64,000 bases of DNA, taken from assembly GCF_003790525.1 (NCBI RefSeq), contig NZ_CP033635.1; one strand, given 5' to 3'. This document shows, in pieces, positions 21,806-33,978 of the stretch (its first letter is position 1; every line of letters begins with the position of its first letter). The notes beneath the pieces are model-generated. The model made no database searches, was not told the origin of the DNA, and was given only the letters and a program-made list of their open reading frames with translations. A program made the translations under genes and the position numbers. The stretch comes from Escherichia coli. GTDB lineage: Bacteria > Pseudomonadota > Gammaproteobacteria > Enterobacterales > Enterobacteriaceae.

Positions 21806-21856
21806 TTAAATCTGTAAAACACAGATAATGATCTGCGTTTTACAACTCAGATCACA
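21806..21856 (-). promoter_or_regulatory. candidate operator cluster upstream of ydjL (repeated CAGAT/ATCTG inverted repeats)
   Basis: ATCTG at 21810 and 21831, CAGAT at 21822 and 21848, forming overlapping inverted repeats 70-120 bp upstream of the ydjL start. Confidence 0.35.
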
Positions 21857-22103
21857 ATTACGCAGAAAATGGCTGGAGCTGTTACAGGTTGATGGAAGGC
21901 GGAACGCAAAATGAGCAAATTTGAGAGGGATTACCGGCCAAATAGGTCTGAGACTTAAGTTCAGGAGAAGTCATTCAGGCGTGAACGCGACTGCAAGAGA
22001 CCGGACTGGGGCTTTGCCTGGTCGTGACGAGATAATTGAGATGAGTCGTGGGGTTATTGTTGGCTATCCCCTTTATAACCGCGGCAAAAAGGGGACAAAC
22101 CAC

Positions 22104-22376
22104 TTACTTAAACATGGCAATTGGCTTTGCTGAGATACCAAAATCTTCTTTTAACTGTTGTTTGCTCTTCATGACCATCTGACCATTTGTGTCAATTGTC
22201 ATATGCTGTGCTTCGGTATTATGGCGGGCTTGCCACAGCATCACCAGTTGCAGGCAGTTCTCTTTTTGTTCCTCGGTCAACGCAACGCCATCAGGCCATT
22301 TCCCCAATTCAACGGCGGTCGACAAACGCTGGTATACCTCAGGCGTCATGCTGTTGATAATGTCATCAAGATTCAT
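22104..22376 (-). CDS. yeaC: DUF1315 family protein
   Basis: 90 aa from MNLDDIINSMTPEVYQ; the ORF-track 15-codon extension would overlap msrB. Confidence 0.8.
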   Translation of the reverse strand: MNLDDIINSMTPEVYQRLSTAVELGKWPDGVALTEEQKENCLQLVMLWQARHNTEAQHMTIDTNGQMVMKSKQQLKEDFGISAKPIAMFK

Positions 22377-22417
22377 AATTTTTCCGCTCCTGTGGAATAA
22401 GTTGCTGAATCGTTTTT

Positions 22418-22831
22418 TCAACCGTTGATTTCTTCGCCGTTTTCGCCATCGGTAAAGCGTAAAGAGGCAGAGTTAACACAATAACGTTCGCCCGTTGGCT
22501 GCGGCCCGTCGGGGAAGACATGCCCCAGATGGGCATCACAGTTACCGCAACGAATTTCTATGCGCTGCATTCCATGTGACAAGTCTTTGATATAACGAAT
22601 GGATTCTTCACTCACCGGTTCGTAGAAACTGGGCCAGCCACAGCCGGAATCATACTTGGTTTGGGAATGAAACAGCGGGGCATCGCAGATCAAACAGTGA
22701 TATACGCCGTCACGCTTGTTATGCAGTAAACGACCCGTAAATGGCGGCTCTGTCCCATGATTCTGCGTCACGTAGAACTGCATCTCGGACAAATTTTTTT
22801 TCAGTTCTTCTGCCGAAGGTTTATTAGCCAT
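22418..22831 (-). CDS. msrB: peptide methionine-R-sulfoxide reductase
   Basis: 137 aa; two CxxC zinc pairs and catalytic region CGWPSF. Confidence 0.9.
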
Positions 22832-24168
<1,337 letters not shown>

Positions 24169-24190
24169 GTTGAGATGACACTGTGATCTA

Positions 24191-24220
24191 AAAAGAGCGA
24201 CTTCGGTCGCTCTTTTTTTT
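24191..24220 (+). terminator. rho-independent terminator after gapA
   Basis: Stem AAAAGAGCGAC / GTCGCTCTTTT with TTCG tetraloop followed by a T run. Confidence 0.85.
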
Positions 24221-24251
24221 ACCTGATAAAATGAAGTTAAAGGACTGCGTC

Positions 24252-25136
24252 ATGATTAAGAAAATTTTTGCCCTTCCGGTCATCGAACAAATCTCCCCTG
24301 TCCTCTCCCGTCGTAAACTGGATGAACTGGACCTCATTGTGGTCGATCATCCCCAGGTAAAAGCCTCTTTTGCATTACAGGGCGCACACCTTCTCTCATG
24401 GAAACCTGCGGGTGAAGAAGAAGTTCTGTGGTTGAGCAATAACACACCGTTCAAAAATGGCGTCGCTATTCGCGGTGGCGTACCGGTTTGCTGGCCGTGG
24501 TTTGGTCCGGCTGCACAACAAGGTCTGCCTGCGCACGGTTTTGCCCGCAACCTGCCGTGGACGCTGAAATCACATCGTGAAGATGCTGATGGCGTAGCGC
24601 TGACTTTTGAATTGACACAAAGCGAAGAGACGAAAAAATTCTGGCTACACGACTTTACGCTATTAGCGCATTTCCGCGTGGGTAAAGCCTGTGAAATCGA
24701 TCTTGAAGCACACGGCGAATTTGAAACCACCTCTGCCCTGCATACCTACTTTAACGTGGGTGATATCACTAAGGTAAGCGTCAGTGGACTGGGCGATCGC
24801 TTCATTGATAAAGTGAATGACGCGAAAGAAGATGTACTGACCGACGGTATTCAGACCTTCCCTGACCGTACCGATCGCGTGTATCTGAATCCGCAAGATT
24901 GCAGCGTAATTAATGACGAAGCGCTGAATCGTATTATCGCCGTAGGCCACCAGCATCATCTGAACGTTGTAGGCTGGAACCCAGGACCGGCGCTTTCAGT
25001 TAGCATGGGCGATATGCCGGATGATGGCTACAAGACCTTTGTTTGTGTAGAAACAGCTTACGCCTCAGAAACGCAAAAAGTCACCAAAGAGAAACCTGCA
25101 CATCTGGCGCAATCCATTCGCGTTGCGAAACGTTAA
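24252..25136 (+). CDS. yeaD: glucose-6-phosphate 1-epimerase (aldose 1-epimerase family)
   Basis: 294 aa from MIKKIFALPVIEQ. Confidence 0.88.
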   Translation: MIKKIFALPVIEQISPVLSRRKLDELDLIVVDHPQVKASFALQGAHLLSWKPAGEEEVLWLSNNTPFKNGVAIRGGVPVCWPWFGPAAQQGLPAHGFARNLPWTLKSHREDADGVALTFELTQSEETKKFWLHDFTLLAHFRVGKACEIDLEAHGEFETTSALHTYFNVGDITKVSVSGLGDRFIDKVNDAKEDVLTDGIQTFPDRTDRVYLNPQDCSVINDEALNRIIAVGHQHHLNVVGWNPGPALSVSMGDMPDDGYKTFVCVETAYASETQKVTKEKPAHLAQSIRVAKR

Positions 25137-25186
25137 TTTGCGTTAATGTTGTGTGCCGGGTGCGATGCATCCGGCACGTATCAACA

Positions 25187-26041
25187 TCACACCATATCCA
25201 GCGCAGTTTTTCCTTTTGGTGCCGGATATGCCTTATCCAGCATAGCTAATTCCGCTGATGAAAGTTCGACCTCAAGCACAGCCGCATTTTGTTGGACATG
25301 GGCAATCGTGGCCGCTTTTGGAATCGCCATCACACCCTGATGACTGATCACCCACGCCAACAATACTTGTGCCGCGCTGATATTGTGAGCATGTGCAATT
25401 TCGTTGACTACCGCGTTTTTTAACAGCCCATTGCGCAACCGCCCGGCCTGGGCTAACGGACTGTAAGCCATCACCGGCATCTGCTGTTGCTGGCACCAGG
25501 GAAGTAGATCGTACTCAATCCCTCGTGAACCGAGATGGTAAAGCACCTGATTAGTGGCACACTGATTCCCCCCCGGCAGCTGCCAGAGTTCCTGCATATC
25601 GGCATAATCAAGGTTAGAAACGCCCCAGCGGCGGATTTTTCCCTGGGCGATCAATTTTTCCATCGCTGCGACAGTCTCTTCAAAAGCGAAACTGCCAGAC
25701 CAGTGTAATAAGTAGAGATCGAGATAATCAGTATTGAGACGGCGTAAACTGGCTTCGCATGCATTTATCGCTTTTTGCCCGCCAGCATTCCACGGATAGA
25801 CTTTAGAGACGAGAAAGACGTTCTCACGCAGGCCGGTTAATGCTTCCCCAACCACCATTTCGGCACCGCCATCGGCATACATTTCGGCGGTATCAATGAG
25901 GGTTAAACCGAGTTCAATGCCCGCGCGTAGTGCAGCAACTTCTGTTTTACGCTGACTGGCATCTTCGCCCATATACCATGTTCCCTGCCCTATGGCTGGC
26001 AGTGAGACATCGCCACTAAATTGAATCATTTTTTGTTGCAT
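25187..26041 (-). CDS. yeaE: aldo-keto reductase (methylglyoxal reductase type)
   Basis: 284 aa from MQQKMIQF with GGGAGGAAG Shine-Dalgarno upstream; ORF-track extension rejected. Confidence 0.88.
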   Translation of the reverse strand: MQQKMIQFSGDVSLPAIGQGTWYMGEDASQRKTEVAALRAGIELGLTLIDTAEMYADGGAEMVVGEALTGLRENVFLVSKVYPWNAGGQKAINACEASLRRLNTDYLDLYLLHWSGSFAFEETVAAMEKLIAQGKIRRWGVSNLDYADMQELWQLPGGNQCATNQVLYHLGSRGIEYDLLPWCQQQQMPVMAYSPLAQAGRLRNGLLKNAVVNEIAHAHNISAAQVLLAWVISHQGVMAIPKAATIAHVQQNAAVLEVELSSAELAMLDKAYPAPKGKTALDMV

Positions 26042-26074
26042 TGCTTCCTCCCAGGTATTGCACCACCGTAATGC

Positions 26075-26099
26075 AAAACAGGGCATGACGCCCTGTTTT
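26075..26099 (-). terminator. hairpin terminator downstream of mipA
   Basis: Stem ACAGGGC / GCCCTGT flanked by A and T runs, between the mipA stop and the yeaE start region. Confidence 0.6.
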
Positions 26100-26130
26100 T
26101 ATGCACAAAATGCCCTGGAAAGATGCATTA

Positions 26131-26877
26131 TCAGAATTTGTAGGTGATCCCGGTAGAAATCAGGCCAGTCCAGGATTTATCCACCATTGGGCTGTCAGTA
26201 ACTTCATCAGACAGACGGGTGTAGCGCGCGGTACCGTAAACACTCCAGTCGCCGAGGAAGTTGTAGCTGGCGCTCAGCTCCAGGTAAGGGCTCCAGCTGT
26301 CGTTCGGGTTATAGCCACGCAGACCGCTGCGAGCGGACTCTTTGCGCGATACGCCATAATAGTATTCGTTCTGGTTTTCGCTGTTCCACTGCACACCAAT
26401 ACCCGGAGTCACGGTCAGGCCGCCGTTGGTGTAACGATACAACCAGGCCATATCCCAGACAATGCCGTTGCTGTTATCCAGGGTATCGCCAGCCAGGGTG
26501 GTACGCAGGTAACCGTACTGGGTAAAGTGAGCATAAGACAGACCAGCCATCATGGTGCTCTTACGGTCATCCAGGTGACGCATTTGGTGATCGCCACTGT
26601 CTTTAGCTTTGAAGTAAAGCGGCGACCAGTAAGCGGTAATTGAAAGTTTGTCCGTTGCGTCATTCCACAGGTAGTAACCACCACCTAAGCCACGGAACCA
26701 GAAGTTATCGCCTTCATAGTTGATTACCGGTACTGGGTAAACATCGGTATCGTAATCTTTATATGGGTGTTCAACGACACCTACGCCTGCGCCCAGGGAA
26801 AATTTACCTTCAGCGTGCGCTACGCCTGCAGACGTTGCGATAAGCACTCCAAGTGCCAGAAGTTTGAGTTTGGTCAC
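26131..26877 (-). CDS. mipA: MltA-interacting outer membrane protein (OmpV/MipA family)
   Basis: 248 aa; signal peptide ending AHA; beta-barrel-like composition with C-terminal aromatic residue; GTG start. Confidence 0.9.
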   Translation of the reverse strand: MTKLKLLALGVLIATSAGVAHAEGKFSLGAGVGVVEHPYKDYDTDVYPVPVINYEGDNFWFRGLGGGYYLWNDATDKLSITAYWSPLYFKAKDSGDHQMRHLDDRKSTMMAGLSYAHFTQYGYLRTTLAGDTLDNSNGIVWDMAWLYRYTNGGLTVTPGIGVQWNSENQNEYYYGVSRKESARSGLRGYNPNDSWSPYLELSASYNFLGDWSVYGTARYTRLSDEVTDSPMVDKSWTGLISTGITYKF

Positions 26878-27192
26878 AATTAATCATTCCTTAAACAAAT
26901 GTTTAGCGGGCGACAAAGTTTACCCGTCAATACATCGAAACCCAACCTTTTTACGTTTTCATTTTTTAAAGTAACTGTTTAATTTTCCTGACGCAGATGA
27001 CACCACGCTTACAGCCAAATGAATTTAGCGTTACCGGCAAGCCTGGTCTTTACATTAATTATGCAAAATTTATGGATGAGTTGTTGATATGCCATTGAAA
27101 TTAAGAAAGCCGTGCAGGCAAGTTTTCCATTTGCCATCTACGCTTAATTTTGAAGGTGTATCACCGGGCACGTTGTTCTCATCGTCGATAAA

Positions 27193-27209
27193 ATGGCATG
27201 AGAGTTGCT
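27193..27209 (+). promoter_or_regulatory. sigma-54 (-24/-12) promoter element for yeaG
   Basis: TGGCAT-N5-TTGCT with GG at 27195-27196 and GC at 27207-27208 (correct -24/-12 spacing), about 105 bp upstream of the yeaG ATG. Confidence 0.6.
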
Positions 27210-27312
27210 GTGTTTTAGCAAGAGACGTCGTTCAGTTTACCTCTTCCGGGAGCCTCTACTATTCATATGAACGGCTCTTAACCTGTGCTAAAAAACGAAA
27301 GGACGGCATACC

Positions 27313-29247
27313 ATGAATATATTCGATCACTATCGCCAGCGATATGAAGCTGCCAAGGACGAAGAGTTCACACTGCAGGAGTTTCTTACCACTTGTCGGC
27401 AAGATCGCAGTGCTTATGCCAACGCGGCTGAGCGGCTATTGATGGCTATTGGTGAGCCTGTCATGGTCGATACAGCCCAGGAACCCAGACTTTCTCGACT
27501 CTTTTCTAACCGGGTCATTGCACGTTATCCGGCGTTTGAAGAGTTTTACGGCATGGAAGACGCGATTGAACAGATTGTCTCTTATCTGAAACACGCGGCT
27601 CAGGGGCTGGAAGAGAAGAAACAAATCCTGTATCTGCTGGGGCCTGTGGGTGGGGGTAAATCATCGCTTGCTGAGCGACTGAAATCATTAATGCAGCTCG
27701 TGCCGATCTATGTATTAAGCGCTAACGGTGAGCGGAGCCCGGTCAACGATCATCCGTTCTGTCTTTTCAATCCGCAGGAAGATGCGCAGATTCTGGAAAA
27801 AGAGTATGGCATTCCTCGCCGTTATCTCGGCACCATCATGTCGCCGTGGGCGGCAAAACGCCTGCATGAATTTGGTGGCGATATCACTAAGTTCCGGGTA
27901 GTGAAGGTCTGGCCGTCAATTCTGCAACAAATTGCTATCGCCAAAACGGAACCCGGTGATGAGAACAACCAGGACATCTCCGCCCTGGTAGGGAAAGTCG
28001 ATATTCGTAAACTCGAACACTACGCGCAGAATGACCCGGACGCCTACGGCTATTCCGGTGCGCTGTGCCGCGCCAATCAGGGGATCATGGAATTTGTCGA
28101 GATGTTTAAAGCACCGATAAAAGTGCTGCATCCCTTGTTAACCGCCACCCAGGAAGGTAACTACAACGGGACGGAAGGTATCTCCGCCCTGCCGTTCAAC
28201 GGGATTATTCTCGCGCACTCGAACGAATCCGAATGGGTCACTTTCCGTAATAACAAAAACAACGAAGCCTTCCTCGACCGTGTTTACATCGTGAAGGTGC
28301 CGTATTGCTTGCGCATTTCCGAAGAGATCAAAATCTACGAGAAATTGCTTAATCACAGTGAATTGACTCACGCCCCCTGCGCCCCTGGCACGCTGGAAAC
28401 GCTGTCACGTTTTTCTATTCTTTCGCGTCTGAAAGAGCCAGAAAACTCCAGCATTTATTCAAAGATGCGGGTTTATGATGGTGAAAGTTTGAAAGACACT
28501 GATCCCAAAGCCAAGTCGTATCAGGAATATCGTGACTACGCCGGTGTCGATGAAGGGATGAACGGTCTGTCGACGCGTTTTGCGTTTAAGATCCTCTCCC
28601 GCGTGTTCAACTTCGATCATGTAGAAGTGGCGGCAAACCCGGTCCATCTGTTCTACGTCCTGGAACAGCAGATCGAGCGCGAGCAGTTCCCACAAGAGCA
28701 GGCAGAACGCTATCTGGAGTTCCTGAAAGGTTATCTGATCCCGAAATATGCCGAGTTTATCGGCAAAGAGATCCAGACGGCCTACCTTGAATCCTATTCC
28801 GAATATGGGCAAAACATTTTCGACCGTTATGTTACCTACGCGGATTTCTGGATTCAGGATCAGGAGTATCGCGATCCGGATACCGGGCAGTTGTTTGACC
28901 GCGAGTCTCTTAACGCCGAGCTGGAGAAAATCGAGAAACCGGCGGGGATCAGTAATCCAAAAGATTTCCGCAACGAGATTGTTAACTTCGTACTGCGCGC
29001 CAGAGCGAATAACAGCGGACGCAATCCGAACTGGACCAGCTATGAAAAACTGCGCACGGTTATTGAGAAGAAAATGTTCTCCAATACCGAGGAGCTGTTG
29101 CCGGTTATTTCGTTTAACGCCAAAACGTCAACCGACGAGCAGAAGAAACATGACGACTTTGTCGACCGTATGATGGAAAAAGGCTACACCCGTAAACAGG
29201 TGCGTTTACTGTGCGAATGGTATTTGCGCGTACGTAAATCGTCTTAA
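27313..29247 (+). CDS. yeaG: PrkA-family serine protein kinase
   Basis: 644 aa; Walker A GPVGGGKSS; PrkA-like domain organisation. Confidence 0.92.
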   Translation: MNIFDHYRQRYEAAKDEEFTLQEFLTTCRQDRSAYANAAERLLMAIGEPVMVDTAQEPRLSRLFSNRVIARYPAFEEFYGMEDAIEQIVSYLKHAAQGLEEKKQILYLLGPVGGGKSSLAERLKSLMQLVPIYVLSANGERSPVNDHPFCLFNPQEDAQILEKEYGIPRRYLGTIMSPWAAKRLHEFGGDITKFRVVKVWPSILQQIAIAKTEPGDENNQDISALVGKVDIRKLEHYAQNDPDAYGYSGALCRANQGIMEFVEMFKAPIKVLHPLLTATQEGNYNGTEGISALPFNGIILAHSNESEWVTFRNNKNNEAFLDRVYIVKVPYCLRISEEIKIYEKLLNHSELTHAPCAPGTLETLSRFSILSRLKEPENSSIYSKMRVYDGESLKDTDPKAKSYQEYRDYAGVDEGMNGLSTRFAFKILSRVFNFDHVEVAANPVHLFYVLEQQIEREQFPQEQAERYLEFLKGYLIPKYAEFIGKEIQTAYLESYSEYGQNIFDRYVTYADFWIQDQEYRDPDTGQLFDRESLNAELEKIEKPAGISNPKDFRNEIVNFVLRARANNSGRNPNWTSYEKLRTVIEKKMFSNTEELLPVISFNAKTSTDEQKKHDDFVDRMMEKGYTRKQVRLLCEWYLRVRKSS

Positions 29248-29254
29248 CAACCCT

Positions 29255-29279
29255 GGCCCGGTACACATGCTACCGGGCC
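29255..29279 (+). other. stable hairpin in the yeaG-yeaH spacer
   Basis: 9-bp stem GGCCCGGTA / TACCGGGCC with 7-nt loop, no trailing U run. Confidence 0.5.
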
Positions 29280-29347
29280 TACAACGACAGCGAACCGTGG
29301 GCCAGAGAAGCGGCAACACAGGCGTAGCATACCGTTGGCAAATGTAG

Positions 29348-30643
<1,296 letters not shown>

Positions 30644-30789
30644 AACTGTCAGCCGGGTCATTATCGCCTGGCTGATTTTTAGCTCACTGTAAATTATCTC
30701 ATTTATTACATACATTAGCTTACAATCGCTTTAAATATGACAGCATAACCTTTACACAATTTAGTTCCAGAAAACAATCATTCGGAAAA

Positions 30790-32265
30790 ATGATTCGGTC
30801 AACACGTATTTCCCTGGGGTTATTCTTTAATTATTTTTTATCGTCAACGAAAATTGATCCTGGTCAAAACTATATATCTCTGCCATCAATAAAATCCAGC
30901 ACTCACATTGCTCTCCTTTTTATGGCTTCTATGGGTACACAAAAATTAAAAGCTCAAGGCTTTTTTGTTTTCAGCTTATTGCTGACGTTAATTTTATTTT
31001 GCATTACTACTTTATATAACGAAAACACGAATGTAAAACTCATCCCACAGATGAATTACCTGATGGTTGTTGTGGCTTTGTTTTTCCTTAACGCCGTCAT
31101 TTTTCTTTTCATGTTAATGAAGTATTTCACTAACAAACAAATTTTACCAACACTCATTTTAAGCCTTGCATTTTTAAGTGGCCTTATCTATTTAGTTGAA
31201 ACCATTGTAATTATCCATAAACCAATCAACGGCAGTACACTGATCCAGACAAAGTCGAATGATGTTTCTATTTTCTATATTTTCCGCCAACTCAGTTTCA
31301 TTTGTTTAACCTCGCTGGCGCTCTTTTGTTATGGGAAAGACAACATCCTTGACAACAATAAGAAAAAAACTGGCATTCTGTTGCTGGCGCTGATTCCTTT
31401 TTTAGTTTTTCCCCTTCTGGCACACAATCTGAGTAGTTATAACGCTGACTATTCTTTGTATGTCGTCGATTACTGTCCGGACAACCATACTGCGACCTGG
31501 GGAATCAACTATACAAAAATATTGGTTTGTTTGTGGGCATTTTTACTGTTCTTTATTATCATGCGTACACGATTAGCCAGCGAACTATGGCCGTTAATAG
31601 CATTATTATGTCTGGCATCGCTATGCTGCAACTTACTTCTACTGACTCTGGATGAGTATAATTACACCATCTGGTATATCAGTCGCGGGATTGAAGTTTC
31701 CAGTAAACTGTTTGTTGTGTCTTTTCTGATTTATAACATTTTTCAGGAACTGCAACTCTCCAGCAAACTGGCAGTTCATGATGTGCTGACCAATATTTAT
31801 AATCGGCGCTACTTTTTCAACAGCGTAGAGTCATTATTGTCGCGACCTGTTGTTAAGGACTTTTGTGTCATGCTGGTTGATATTAATCAGTTCAAACGCA
31901 TCAATGCCCAATGGGGACATCGTGTGGGTGATAAAGTGCTGGTATCAATTGTCGATATTATCCAGCAAAGCATCCGCCCCGATGATATTTTAGCGCGACT
32001 GGAGGGTGAGGTGTTTGGCTTGCTATTTACCGAACTCAATAGTGCCCAGGCAAAAATCATTGCGGAACGTATGCGTAAAAATGTCGAACTCCTGACCGGC
32101 TTTAGTAACAGATATGATGTTCCTGAACAAATGACCATCAGTATTGGCACGGTTTTTTCAACGGGTGACACGCATAATATCTCGCTTGTCATGACGGAAG
32201 CAGATAAAGCCTTACGCGAAGCGAAAAGCGAGGGGGGCAACAAAGTGATTATTCATCATATTTAA
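30790..32265 (+). CDS. cdgI: membrane protein with degenerate GGDEF domain (c-di-GMP binding, probably non-catalytic)
   Basis: 491 aa; multi-helix N-terminal membrane domain; GGDEF position reads EGEVF (K-12 yeaI). Confidence 0.85.
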   Translation: MIRSTRISLGLFFNYFLSSTKIDPGQNYISLPSIKSSTHIALLFMASMGTQKLKAQGFFVFSLLLTLILFCITTLYNENTNVKLIPQMNYLMVVVALFFLNAVIFLFMLMKYFTNKQILPTLILSLAFLSGLIYLVETIVIIHKPINGSTLIQTKSNDVSIFYIFRQLSFICLTSLALFCYGKDNILDNNKKKTGILLLALIPFLVFPLLAHNLSSYNADYSLYVVDYCPDNHTATWGINYTKILVCLWAFLLFFIIMRTRLASELWPLIALLCLASLCCNLLLLTLDEYNYTIWYISRGIEVSSKLFVVSFLIYNIFQELQLSSKLAVHDVLTNIYNRRYFFNSVESLLSRPVVKDFCVMLVDINQFKRINAQWGHRVGDKVLVSIVDIIQQSIRPDDILARLEGEVFGLLFTELNSAQAKIIAERMRKNVELLTGFSNRYDVPEQMTISIGTVFSTGDTHNISLVMTEADKALREAKSEGGNKVIIHHI

Positions 32266-32445
32266 GTGCAAAAATATTCAGAGCCATGCTTTTTGCGTGG
32301 CTTTTGCATACAATTTATTACTATTACCCCTAAATTTCCCCTCCCCAGCGGCGCAGAGATGAGTATAATTAGCGCCCCTGTGCCAGGCCGCAATCGAACT
32401 TTATCTGGTTTTCTCGTTTCACTAACCGAAGGAGTGCCATTTATC

Positions 32446-33936
32446 ATGAAATTGCACCATAGAATGCTCCGGCATTTTATCGCCGCAAGTGTCATTGTGC
32501 TGACATCTTCCTTCCTTATTTTTGAACTTGTCGCCAGTGACAGAGCAATGAGTGCCTATCTGCGCTATATCGTGCAGAGAGCAGACTCCTCCTTTCTTTA
32601 TGATAAGTATCAGAATCAGAGTATTGCCGCGCATGTGATGCGCGCTCTCGCTGCTGAGCAGTCGGAAGTGTCGCCAGAACAGCGGCGAGCCATCTGCGAG
32701 GCTTTTGAGTCTGCCAATAATACCCATGGCTTAAACCTGACTGCCCATAAATACCCTGGCTTACGCGGCACACTACAAACCGCATCCACTGACTGCGACA
32801 CAATTGTGGAAGCTGCTGCACTATTACCCGCTTTTGATCAGGCAGTGGAAGGCAACCGCCACCAGGATGATTACGGTTCAGGTCTTGGGATGGCCGAAGA
32901 GAAATTTCACTATTATCTCGATCTCAATGACCGCTATGTCTATTTTTATGAGCCGGTTAATGTTGAGTACTTTGCGATGAATAACTGGTCCTTCCTGCAG
33001 TCAGGAAGTATTGGCATCGATCGCAAAGATATTGAAAAGGTATTTACCGGGCGTACCGTATTATCGAGCATTTACCAGGATCAGCGTACTAAACAGAACG
33101 TGATGAGTTTGCTGACGCCGGTATATGTCGCAGGGCAGCTAAAAGGGATTGTGCTGCTGGATATTAACAAAAACAATCTGCGGAATATCTTTTACACTCA
33201 TGACCGCCCTCTCCTCTGGCGTTTTCTCAATGTCACGCTAACTGATACCGATTCGGGGCGCGACATTATCATCAACCAGAGCGAAGATAATCTGTTCCAG
33301 TATGTCAGTTACGTCCATGACTTACCGGGCGGCATTCGTGTCTCGTTATCCATTGATATTCTTTACTTTATCACGTCTTCGTGGAAAAGCGTTCTGTTCT
33401 GGATTTTGACGGCGTTAATTTTGCTGAATATGGTGCGGATGCACTTCCGTTTATACCAAAATGTGTCGCGAGAAAATATTAGTGATGCGATGACTGGACT
33501 CTATAATCGCAAAATTTTAACCCCTGAACTGGAGCAGCGGTTGCAGAAACTGGTGCAATCCGGTTCTTCGGTGATGTTTATTGCAATTGACATGGACAAG
33601 TTAAAGCAAATAAATGACACCCTTGGTCATCAGGAGGGGGATTTAGCGATTACGTTATTAGCTCAGGCGATTAAACAATCGATTCGTAAAAGTGATTATG
33701 CCATCCGACTCGGTGGCGATGAATTCTGCATCATTCTTGTCGATTCGACACCGCAAATTGCAGCACAACTGCCTGAACGTATCGAAAAACGTCTGCAACA
33801 TATCGCGCCGCAGAAAGAGATCGGCTTCTCTTCCGGTATTTACGCGATGAAAGAAAACGATACGTTACATGATGCGTATAAAGCTTCCGATGAGCGTTTA
33901 TATGTCAATAAGCAGAACAAAAACAGCCGTTCATGA
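32446..33936 (+). CDS. dgcJ: diguanylate cyclase with periplasmic sensor domain
   Basis: 496 aa from MKLHHRMLRHF with GGAG Shine-Dalgarno; canonical RLGGDEF (K-12 yeaJ); ORF-track 60-codon extension rejected. Confidence 0.88.
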   Translation: MKLHHRMLRHFIAASVIVLTSSFLIFELVASDRAMSAYLRYIVQRADSSFLYDKYQNQSIAAHVMRALAAEQSEVSPEQRRAICEAFESANNTHGLNLTAHKYPGLRGTLQTASTDCDTIVEAAALLPAFDQAVEGNRHQDDYGSGLGMAEEKFHYYLDLNDRYVYFYEPVNVEYFAMNNWSFLQSGSIGIDRKDIEKVFTGRTVLSSIYQDQRTKQNVMSLLTPVYVAGQLKGIVLLDINKNNLRNIFYTHDRPLLWRFLNVTLTDTDSGRDIIINQSEDNLFQYVSYVHDLPGGIRVSLSIDILYFITSSWKSVLFWILTALILLNMVRMHFRLYQNVSRENISDAMTGLYNRKILTPELEQRLQKLVQSGSSVMFIAIDMDKLKQINDTLGHQEGDLAITLLAQAIKQSIRKSDYAIRLGGDEFCIILVDSTPQIAAQLPERIEKRLQHIAPQKEIGFSSGIYAMKENDTLHDAYKASDERLYVNKQNKNSRS

Positions 33937-33978
33937 TAACCTTCTGTAGTTGTTTGCTTGTAATCTCAGGAGCATGAA

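Noticed and set aside
21921-22133. 70-aa ORF in the ydjL-yeaC spacer
   Set aside because: No ribosome-binding site, basic low-complexity translation, runs into the yeaC 3' end on the opposite strand; the region is better explained as ydjL promoter/operator DNA.
27089-27316. 75-aa ORF immediately upstream of yeaG
   Set aside because: It covers the sigma-54 promoter and the yeaG 5' UTR and ends inside the yeaG start region; no independent support.
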